Assembly: GCF_001194135.2 (NCBI RefSeq)
Contig: NC_068993.1
Span: forward strand, 50,841,022-50,889,407
DNA length: 48,386 nt
Direction of reading: 5' to 3'
Source of the DNA: Octopus bimaculoides
Lineage: Eukaryota
Below the pieces are notes generated by a model. It was not told the origin of the DNA. It worked only from the letters and a program-made list of their open reading frames with translations, and did no database searches. A program made the position numbers and the translations under genes. This document shows positions 37,468-47,231 of the stretch, one piece after another (positions within the stretch are counted from its first letter, which is position 1; every line of letters begins with the position of its first letter).

Positions 37468-37875
37468 CAAGAGACAATTGAACACCGAAACGCGAAGACA
37501 CACAGCTAAACAATACTATTACTTCACAGTGATTCGCTCATCGCTTTACCGTGTGCCCAAGTGACAATTAAACTCTGAAACGTGAAGGCACACAGCTAAG
37601 CAATATTAACAGTTGATGGTGTTTCACTCATCGCTCTACCAGGCACCCAAGTAGAGACTGAACTCCGAATCATGAAGATACACAACTAAACATTACTATT
37701 ACTTAATGGTGATTCGCCCATCGCTGAAACGTGAAGACACACAGCTAAACACTACTACCACTTTTTGGAGTCCCTCCCCTCGCCATACGGTGCAACCAAG
37801 TGGAAACTGAACCCCGAAACGTGAAGACACACAGTTAAACAATACTACCATTCTATGGTGTCTCATCCATCGCGC
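37468..37875. repeat. About 89-bp minisatellite, 5 diverged units (one deleted)
   Basis: GAAACGTGAAGACACACAGCTAAAC-like anchor at about 37489, 37578, 37667, 37726 and 37817, with homologous linkers. Confidence 0.9.
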
Positions 37876-38609
37876 TACAAAATTTGCGAATCTGACGCCA
37901 TAACAGCAATAACAATTATATTAATAAGAACAACAACAACAACAACAACAACAACGACAACCGCAAGAACAATGACAGCAATAAAATCAATGGTAGTGAA
38001 TATGATGAAAACATTTTCTTTATTCTGTTATTTATGTAGGAATTATCATAAATTTTGTAAAAGTTTGTACAACGTTTCATTATTTATTCATCAATTCATC
38101 ATGAATTCAGCCATCTCTGTTCTTTACAATTAGATCGTTAGTGCGCAGGTGATAACAGTGTTTTTCATAGAGGCTTTCGTTTTGGTGTTGTTGTTGTTGT
38201 TGCTGGTGGTGGTGGTGGTGGTGGCGGTGGTAGTCGTAGTGATACTGTTGCTGTTGTGGTTTTTATGTTTATTGCTTTTATTTTTTGTTATTGATGTTGA
38301 GTAACCTTTGTGAACCCGGCTTGAAGTTGACCTATGACATCTTACACACGCACGCGCGAACACAACCACACTCGCGCACGCTGACATATACACACTTTCA
38401 TATACGCACTTTTCTTCTCTCACACACATACACAGGCGCAGACACGGGTGTGCGTCCAACTACATTACTGACTTGCAGCATGTGTATGTAAATGTATGTG
38501 CATGTATATGTATATGTAAAGATATATGCATATATATATACACAGGCACACACACACACACACACATATATGTATATATATATATATACTTATAAAATCT
38601 CAAGAAATT

Positions 38610-38653
<44 letters not shown>

Positions 38654-38903
38654 TCCGTGTGTGTGTGTGTTTGCTTCCAAAAATGGTTTGAAGGAATATA
38701 TAATCCTGGCCCCTACGCTGTTAATTCTTAGATCGGTTCTCAATGCCAGTTAGCCAGAGCATATGTTGGTGATACTCACGTTAGTGATAATTTACTACAC
38801 TCGGTTATTTTCCTCGCTTGGTAAATCCGAGTATCCTTTTAGGGCCGGCATGGTTTCCAAAGAGTAAATAATCAAATTAATACGAAGATTTAAACATCTA
38901 TAC

Positions 38904-39058
38904 TTTATTATACAGTTATTTAAAGCAATCTTCCCTTGGACCTACGCACGTTTCGACTGCAACCGCTGCATACGGTTATGTGTGCATCATGGTGTTAATT
39001 GTCGGTGCAACTTCTTCAGGGTCTAAGGGAAGAATGCTGCAAATAACTGTATAATAAA
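38904..39058 (-). ncRNA. Type I hammerhead ribozyme (long stems I and II, self-complementary stem III)
   Basis: Minus strand: 39-bp stem I arm, CUGAAGA (39019-39013), stem II, GAAA (38954-38951), ACGUGCGU, A, then the complementary stem I arm. All core nucleotides sit in canonical positions and the cleavage triplet is GUA. Confidence 0.8.
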
Positions 39059-39069
39059 ATATGGATATG

Positions 39070-39232
39070 TAACGGGCTTCTTTCAGTTTCCGCCTACCAG
39101 ACCCACTCACAAGGATTTGGTCTAGCAAAGGCTATAGTAGAAGACACTTGCCCAAGGTGATACACCGTACGACGGGATCCGGAACCAAGTGGTTGGGAAG
39201 CAAACTTCTTACCGTACGGCCACGCAATTGGA
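39070..39232 (-). mobile_element. Family B SINE
   Basis: ACGGGCTTCTTTCAGTTTCCG..CACTCACAAGG..GCTATAGTAGAAGACACTTGCCCAAGGTG is the reverse complement of B. Confidence 0.9.
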
Positions 39233-39496
39233 CATATGTGTGTGTACTATCTCCTATGCAGATTTTCCTAAAACAGTAACTGGGTTTCAATTCTAGTCTA
39301 CATACATAACAACTTACACGCATGTGAGCATGCGCTCGAGTACTGAGTATTGCACAGAGATTCGCGCATATCCATTGGCATGTATGTATGTATGTATGTA
39401 TGTATGTATGTATGTATGTATGATGTATGTATATATGTATGTTTATGTATATGTATGAGTGCATATCAGTATGCATGTATATCTATCTATCTACCT

Positions 39497-39663
39497 TTTT
39501 TTTTCGATCCCTTTTGATCGAAGTCCCCCTTTTTCCCTTCCTACGATCCTTTTTGATCGACACCATCCTTTTTTTTTTCCTTCCTTCCCCCTCCCAAAAA
39601 GAAAAGCTCTACATTGTATTTGTCCCATCTTCGTTGAGCCCTGTGTGGCTAATAAAAGAAATG

Positions 39664-39690
<27 letters not shown>
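39497..39690 (+). mobile_element. Family E retroposon 3' tail (copy 1)
   Basis: Paired GATCCxTTTGATCGA motifs, AAGAAAAGCTCTACATTGTA and AGCCCTGTGTGGCTA(T)AATAAAA, then (TATC)n. Shared with 43140-43320. Confidence 0.75.
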
Positions 39691-39695
<5 letters not shown>

Positions 39696-40044
39696 CACAC
39701 ACACACATGCACCCACATACATATTTATATATGTTGAAATATCTGCATGCATCACCGTTGATTCGATCCAAGGCGAGTTGTCTCGCCTGGCTTATGACTT
39801 TCAGGTGTTTCACACCAGTGTTATCAGGGGAGTCCTCTCCGAAACGCTATTCTGCTGAAAATTTAGCGAATCAAAATAACCACATTTGTTGTGTATGTGC
39901 GATCGCTAATGCATGCCTGTATGTATTTATGTATGTATATATGCATGTATGTGAGTGTGTATATATAACTACACACACACACACACCGAAAGCACACATA
40001 CGCACATATATATATATATACATATACTCACCTATACACACAGT

Positions 40045-40284
40045 TCCAATCCACAGACTTGTGACTGTATACCTTTTCATAGATATTCACACATTTTACT
40101 AATCACATTTAGGATTCTATGTAAATGTTACCATGACGAGATTTTAAATAAAATGAAATGACACATTTGCATAAAGTGTTACGTGGAATCAAACATTAAC
40201 AAACATACACACACACATGTATATGCTTGTGTATGTGTGTGTGTGTATGTGTGAGTGTGTCTGTGAGTGCATACATGCAAAAAC

Positions 40285-40339
<55 letters not shown>

Positions 40340-40918
40340 TACACACATATACAATCTTGCGTATTTTAGTTTGCACGTACACATACACATGCAAATACAC
40401 ACACACGCGCGCACATACACATACACACACACACACATACACAAACACACACGCACACACAGAAGTTAATGCTGCGTGAAGAATATTGCGAAACGGCCGT
40501 AATCCTATGAATGTCGCGCGTCGTTAAATATGTATATATGTATANNNNNNNNNNNNNNNNNNNNNNNNNNNNNNNNNNNNNNNNNNNNNNNNNNNNNNNN
40601 NNNNNNNNNNNNNNNNNNNNNNNNNNNNNNNNNNNNNNNNNNNNNNNNNNNNNNNNNNNNNNNNNNNNNNNNNNNNNNNNNNNNNNNNNNNNNNNNNNNN
40701 NNNNNNNNNNNNNNNTCCAATCCACAGACTTGTGACTGTATACCTTTTCATAGATATTCACACATTTTACTAATCACATTTAGGATTCTATGTAAATGTT
40801 ACCATGACGAGATTTTAAATAAAATGAAATGACACATTTGCATAAAGTGTTACGTGGAATCAAACATTAACAAACATACACACACACATGTATATGCTTG
40901 TGTATGTGTGTGTGTGTG
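40045..40918. repeat. Identical about 200-bp duplicate (40045-40246 and 40716-40918) flanking a gap
   Basis: TCCAATCCACAGACTTGTG..CATGTATATGCTTGTGTATG is identical in both copies and the second begins at the gap edge. Probably an assembly artefact. Confidence 0.9.
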
Positions 40919-41039
40919 TATATGTGTGTATGTATTATGTATGTATTTATGCATGGATGTATATATATATATAGGAACATCTGCATTTCCATTCTAGCGA
41001 ATATGTGTGGTGTATGGTATGTGACATTTTAGAGATTCA

Positions 41040-41389
41040 TCATCATCATCTGCATCATGGTCATCGTCATCGCCGTCATCGTCGTCGTCGTCGTCGCTTT
41101 CGTCATCGCCTTCGACACCACACTGGGCCTTCCTAAGGGCAGCACTAGCATTTGCGTTATACGTAAATGCCGTGGTTGTAGTATCGGTAGTAGTAGTAGT
41201 AGTAGTTGTAGTAGTAGTAGTAGTAGTTGTAGTAGTAGTAGTAGTAGTAGTAGTAGTCATAACAGCTGAGAGAGAAGAAGCATCAGGAGCAAGATCAGGT
41301 GTAGCTGTAGTGGCAGCAGCACTAACCGCAGTAGCAGTAGCAGCAGCAGCAGCAGTCACAATAGCATTAGCCGTCGTCGTTGCCGTTGT

Positions 41390-41468
<79 letters not shown>

Positions 41469-41470
41469 AC
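41040..41470. repeat. Compound (CAT/GTA/GCA)n trinucleotide array
   Basis: Directly visible. Confidence 0.93.
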
Positions 41471-41980
41471 GAACGCTTATATTACGAATTATACGTTATA
41501 ACGAATCTTTTTCAATTCTGGCTTTTTATAACGACAATAAAAGAGACTTAAAAAGAAATGTTTGGAATACATACTCATGCACGCACGCACGCACTCAGGC
41601 ACACACACAGATACACACACAGACACTTGTGTGTGTGTGTGTGTATATATATANNNNNNNNNNNNNNNNNNNNNNNNNNNNNNNNNNNNNNNNNNNNNNN
41701 NNNNNNNNNNNNNNNNNNNNNNNNNNNNNNNNNNNNNNNNNNNNNNNNNNNNNNNNNNNNNNNNNNNNNNNNNNNNNNNNNNNNNNNNNNNNNNNNNNNN
41801 NNNNNNNNNNNNNNNNNNNNNNNNNNNNNNNNNNNNNNNNNNNAAATAATAATTCGGATAGAATAAATGGGTTAATAGAAACCAAGGTAGCAAAGATCAC
41901 AAAATAACTGTGGTGTAATTCCTGTTAGTGAGGCATAAACTCCTATGCGTTTACTCCATTCCTTAAATATATATATATAT

Positions 41981-42140
41981 ATATGGGAGAATGTACGAAA
42001 AAAACAACAACAGACGAGGACAGGTGGTGTAAACAACAAAAGGATGTATTAGTTTGACACTCAGGAATACAGAAAGTCTTTAACGTTTCGAGCTACGTTC
42101 TTCAATAGAAAGAATACGTAGAAAACAAGGAGAGAGACAG
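41981..42140. mobile_element. Family G non-coding repeat carrying a degenerate minimal hammerhead motif on the minus strand (42077-42113)
   Basis: Shares its start with 14471. Minus strand reads UCUUU-CUAUUGA-A-GAAC-GUA-GCUC-GAA-ACGU-U-AAAGA. Confidence 0.65.
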
Positions 42141-42289
42141 TAGGACCAAGAAAGATTTCACATTTCGACCTTGCCAAGCTCTTTTTCTATCACTCTCTCG
42201 CTAGGATGTCGCACTAAAACAGAAAGAAGAGAGATTATAAACGTTATAAAAAATTGCAAGCTACACGACATTTCGCCAAATGCAGGTAT

Positions 42290-42480
42290 TACTCTCCAAT
42301 ATGTTGTACACTTCTAGTTAACGTTAGAACTGCTGAGAAATTAAAACTCGTGAACTTCTTGAAGAGCACGATGACACAGGAAAGACTAAGTGACCCAGCA
42401 TTCTTTAGTCTTGAGAATGAACTGGCTGAGAAGATCGATTCAAGAGAAACAATAAAAACATTTACCTCAAATCATGTTTC
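42290..42480 (+). pseudogene. hAT transposase C-terminal dimerisation-domain relic
   Basis: TLLVNVRTAE..KLKLVNFLKSTMTQERLSDPAFFSLENELAEKID matches the ERSFSKLKLIKNYLRSTM.QERL..LA.LSIE.EL pattern. Confidence 0.75.
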
Positions 42481-43035
42481 TTTTAGCTGTGATAGTTCTT
42501 GATTGTGCATTACTGAATTAATTAAAGTAATTCTTAACAATGTGTTTAAACATTCATTAAATTAACCAATTAACTGAGGAAGATATTTACGTTTCTTTTT
42601 CCATTCACTAAATTATAATCTTGGTTGTTGAAGGCCTTTGTCTGTTGAAAATAATGTCACGAAAGTAATCCAGTCTATAATTTACGACTTTTAGGCATTA
42701 AGGTCTGAAATATGGCTGAATTTGCTAAAAGCCCAGGGCATTGAATCTGCCAACGCCTGCATATTTTGGTTTATGTTTACATTTGTATGCAAACGGGAGC
42801 TCCAGCTTGGTCATAATTCAACGAAACATTTTAAGTATTAAAAAATGTATATGCACACACAAACACACACGCACATTCATACACACACACACGCACATTA
42901 AAATTGTAAATTTTCCATGAAGTGATACATACATACATACATACATATATATATATATATAAATATAATATATATATATATAATATATATATACACACAC
43001 ACATTTATATAAATATATATATGTGTGTGTGTGTG

Positions 43036-43086
<51 letters not shown>

Positions 43087-43139
43087 TTCGCTTTTGGATT
43101 TGGTTTGCAAGATTCTTTATGAGTTCGAGTGTCGAGGCA

Positions 43140-43320
43140 TATTTTTTCCCGCGATCCCTTTTGATCGAAATCCCCCCACTTTTTTTCCCGCGATCCTTTT
43201 TGATCGAAATTATCCCCCCTTTCCCCCCAAAGAAAAGCTCTACATTGTAATTTGTCCATTTTCTGTATTTAGCCCTGTGTGGCTATAATAAAAAGATATC
43301 TATCTATCTATCTATCTACC
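43140..43320 (+). mobile_element. Family E retroposon 3' tail (copy 2)
   Basis: Same motifs as 39497-39690. Confidence 0.75.
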
Positions 43321-43332
43321 TGTCTGTCTGTC

Positions 43333-43399
<67 letters not shown>

Positions 43400-43404
43400 G
43401 TCTC

Positions 43405-43625
43405 TTTTTGTTTGTTTTTGTCTCCCAACCACTGTTTGACAGCCAGTGTTGAATTGCTTCCGTCCCCGTAACTTAGCGTCTCGGCCAAAGAGAGCGAAAG
43501 AATGAGAGCCCGATTTTTAAAAAAAGATAATTAGCGAAGATCAGTCAATTTGTTTCACTCAACTCTTCATTCAAGGCAGTACCCCCAGCATGGCTGTAGT
43601 CCAATGACTGCAACAAGTATAAGTC
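43405..43625 (+). mobile_element. C-tail module of the bipartite SINE, diverged
   Basis: CCCCGTAACTTAGCG..TTCAAGGCAGTACCCCAGCATGGCTGTAGTCCAATGACTG. Confidence 0.8.
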
Positions 43626-44099
43626 TAAGAAAGACAATAAAAGAGTGAATTAAGTAGAAAGACGTTAATGAAGGAAAATGAAAGAGGTGAAACATAAGGA
43701 GAAAAATAACAATATATAAAATAAAAATAAAACAAGATATAAAATGCGTAAAAGATAAAAATATTTTTTTTAAAATGAAGAAAATGAAGTGAAATGTAAA
43801 GACATCTGTTGATATGTCAGGAATATAATAAATGAAATACTTGTGTGATATAATGATGATATGGTAGTGTTATGGCGGTGATATTTTGATAAGGCGAGCA
43901 ACGGCAGGAGTAATAAAGATGGTTGAATTGATAACGTACAGAGACGACAAGACGACAGCATCAGTAACAACAGTAACAAGAAAAGCGACAGCGATATCGA
44001 TAACGACAAAAAACGTGATAAGAAAAACAACAACAACATTCAATAAACAATTATCCAACAGCTGCAGCAACGACAAAAGAACAGCAATAAAAAAAAATA

Positions 44100-44140
<41 letters not shown>

Positions 44141-44169
44141 AATAATAATAATCCTTTCTTCTATTTACC

Positions 44170-44379
44170 CTTTTACTCTTTTACTTGTTTCAGTCATTTG
44201 ACTGCGGCCATGCTGGAGCACCGCCTTTAGTCGAGCAAATCGACCCCCAAGACTTATTCTTTGTAAGCCTAGTACTTATTCTATCAGTCTCTTGTGCCGA
44301 ACCGCTAAGTTACTGGGACGTAAACACACCAGCATCGGCCATCAAGCGATGTTGGGGGTGGGGGACAAACAGACACACA

Positions 44380-44385
<6 letters not shown>
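44170..44385 (-). mobile_element. C-tail module of the bipartite SINE
   Basis: TTTTACTCTTTTACTTGTTTCAGTCATTTGACTGCGGCCATGCTGGAGCACCGCC is the reverse complement of 32340-32505. Confidence 0.9.
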
Positions 44386-44410
<25 letters not shown>

Positions 44411-44414
44411 TACT

Positions 44415-44547
44415 ACTAGCAGTATAACCCGACGTTGTCCGGGTGTGACTTATTACGCCACCTACGATAAGTCTTGCTAGGTGAAAATCAACTAAAAAAG
44501 AAAGCCTTACAATGAAAAAACCCTTATGATGTAAATATGTTCATAAT
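44415..44547 (-). mobile_element. Helitron-type 3' terminus (subterminal hairpin plus CTAG)
   Basis: Plus strand ACTAGCAGTATAACCCGACGTTGTCCGGGT. On the minus strand the hairpin ACCCG..CGGGT lies 7 nt before CTAG|T. The element runs into a gap. Confidence 0.55.
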
Positions 44548-46257
44548 NNNNNNNNNNNNNNNNNNNNNNNNNNNNNNNNNNNNNNNNNNNNNNNNNNNNN
44601 NNNNNNNNNNNNNNNNNNNNNNNNNNNNNNNNNNNNNNNNNNNNNNNNNNNNNNNNNNNNNNNNNNNNNNNNNNNNNNNNNNNNNNNNNNNNNNNNNNNN
44701 NNNNNNNNNNNNNNNNNNNNNNNNNNNNNNNNNNNNNNNNNNNNNNNNNNNNNNNNNNNNNNNNNNNNNNNNNNNNNNNNNNNNNNNNNNNNNNNNNNNN
44801 NNNNNNNNNNNNNNNNNNNNNNNNNNNNNNNNNNNNNNNNNNNNNNNNNNNNNNNNNNNNNNNNNNNNNNNNNNNNNNNNNNNNNNNNNNNNNNNNNNNN
44901 NNNNNNNNNNNNNNNNNNNNNNNNNNNNNNNNNNNNNNNNNNNNNNNNNNNNNNNNNNNNNNNNNNNNNNNNNNNNNNNNNNNNNNNNNNNNNNNNNNNN
45001 NNNNNNNNNNNNNNNNNNNNNNNNNNNNNNNNNNNNNNNNNNNNNNNNNNNNNNNNNNNNNNNNNNNNNNNNNNNNNNNNNNNNNNNNNNNNNNNNNNNN
45101 NNNNNNNNNNNNNNNNNNNNNNNNNNNNNNNNNNNNNNNNNNNNNNNNNNNNNNNNNNNNNNNNNNNNNNNNNNNNNNNNNNNNNNNNNNNNNNNNNNNN
45201 NNNNNNNNNNNNNNNNNNNNNNNNNNNNNNNNNNNNNNNNNNNNNNNNNNNNNNNNNNNNNNNNNNNNNNNNNNNNNNNNNNNNNNNNNNNNNNNNNNNN
45301 NNNNNNNNNNNNNNNNNNNNNNNNNNNNNNNNNNNNNNNNNNNNNNNNNNNNNNNNNNNNNNNNNNNNNNNNNNNNNNNNNNNNNNNNNNNNNNNNNNNN
45401 NNNNNNNNNNNNNNNNNNNNNNNNNNNNNNNNNNNNNNNNNNNNNNNNNNNNNNNNNNNNNNNNNNNNNNNTCTTAAGTGTATATATATATGGGCAACAC
45501 ACACACTAAATAAAAAAGATGTTAGTAAGTAAGTGTTTTAAAAAAGATTGTTAAATTTTCAGATTTTCACGATTTTCACTACAGTGTTAAGGTTTGTTAG
45601 GGTTTGTTAGGGTTAGGTAAGTAATGATGCGGGTGTTAATGTCAAGATTTACGAAAAGATTTTCAAAAAAAACTCACAGTTTGTAGGGAATAAATGTTTG
45701 TTGATCGTATTTGAGAAAGATGTCTCGCTGGTAAATGACCGTGTTAGAAATGGAAAGTAAACTTATAATTCCCGCCAATTAGAATGAGGTCATTGGTAAC
45801 CATAGGTACATATATATGTGTGTATTTACGTATGATTGTCAGTGTGTCTGTTTATTTGACTCTCCCTCTCCTTCGTTTGTCTGTCATTACAGTATCGAAA
45901 TGTGATTTGATACTGAAATAGTTTTTTTTTTCTCCTTCCTTTCTTTTTGTATTTGTGGTTGAGGTTTTCGTAAAGGTTCGTAAGAGGAAGTAGGAGTTGA
46001 AGGGATTTGTATTAGAAAGAGAAAATTAGATTTTATTAGGGAGAAAATGTTTACTGCTGTAGTTTTATGGATTTTATTCATTATTACGAAATTTTTAGAG
46101 TGAAAAAATGACGCAGTGACCTAACAAATTGTATTTAGAATATTAATTGCGATTGTCTAATCGAAGAAATTTTGAATTGTGTAAATGTATGAATTTTAAA
46201 CATACACACACACACAGTAGATTTGCCTTTTATAGTATAGATATACATATACATATA

Positions 46258-46420
46258 GACGACGAGCTTCTTTCAGTTTCCGTCTACCAAATCTACTCAC
46301 ACGGCTTTGATCGGCCCGAGGCTATAGTAGGAGACACTTGCCCAAAGTGCCACGCAGTGGGGCTGAACCCGGAACCATGTGGTTGGTAGGCAAGCTACTT
46401 ACCACACAGCCACTCCTGCA
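46258..46420 (-). mobile_element. Family B SINE
   Basis: Reverse complement of the B consensus, ending CTTACCACACAGCCACTCCTGC. Confidence 0.9.
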
Positions 46421-46549
46421 TCTCTTGGCGCTCCCTCGATTTCCTAGAAATATGCAAGCATTAAAAAAGGATGCATTTGATAATCTTTACTATATCTATT
46501 AAAACGGATGGTAAAGGCTGGAATGACTTTGGCCTTAGATCAGGGCCAT

Positions 46550-46564
46550 CTATCCTATCCTATC

Positions 46565-46618
<54 letters not shown>

Positions 46619-46767
46619 CGCTAGCTAGCTATCTGTCTGTCTGTCTTTTTGTGTGTGTGTCTGTCTTTTTGTGTGTCTCTGTCTGCTTGTCTGTCTACCT
46701 GCCTGCATGCCTTCCTTCCTATCTGCCTGTCTGCCTGTCTATTCGTCTGTCTGTCAGTCTCTTTCTT

Positions 46768-46810
<43 letters not shown>

Positions 46811-46860
46811 TTATTTGTCTGTCTGTGTGTTTGTCTATCTAAAGTATCTGTCTGTCTTCT
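46550..46860. repeat. Compound (TATC)n/(TGTC)n/(CT)n microsatellite
   Basis: Directly visible. Confidence 0.93.
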
Positions 46861-47140
46861 CCCCTCTCTCTGTGTTTGTCTTTTTTAACTATCAATATAC
46901 ATACATCCCTGTAAAAGACCGATAGAGATCGACAGATAAAGAGAGTGAAGTCATGTATTGTGACAATACGACTAGTAATGATAAAGAGAGTGCGCGCGTG
47001 AGAGAGACNNNNNNNNNNNNNNNNNNNNNNNNNNNNNNNNNNNNNNNNNNNNNNNNNNNNNNNNNNNNNNNNNNNNNNNNNNNNNNNNNNNNNNNNNNNN
47101 NNNNNNNNNNNNNNNNNNNNNNNNNNNNNNNNNNNNNNNN

Positions 47141-47231
<91 letters not shown>

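Larger units (their letters stand above)
2815..47140. other. 17 assembly gaps (N runs, about 7 kb total) spread across this span
   Basis: Most begin or end in (TA)n, (GA)n or similar repeats. Exons could be hidden in them. Confidence 0.97.

Noticed and set aside
37468-37875. CRISPR array or tandem hammerheads
   Set aside because: The linkers are homologous to each other, the context is eukaryotic, there are no cas genes, and no CUGANGA core is present.
45588-45617. Interstitial telomere (TTAGGG)
   Set aside because: Only about 3 imperfect units embedded in a TTTGTTAGGG repeat, too short to call.
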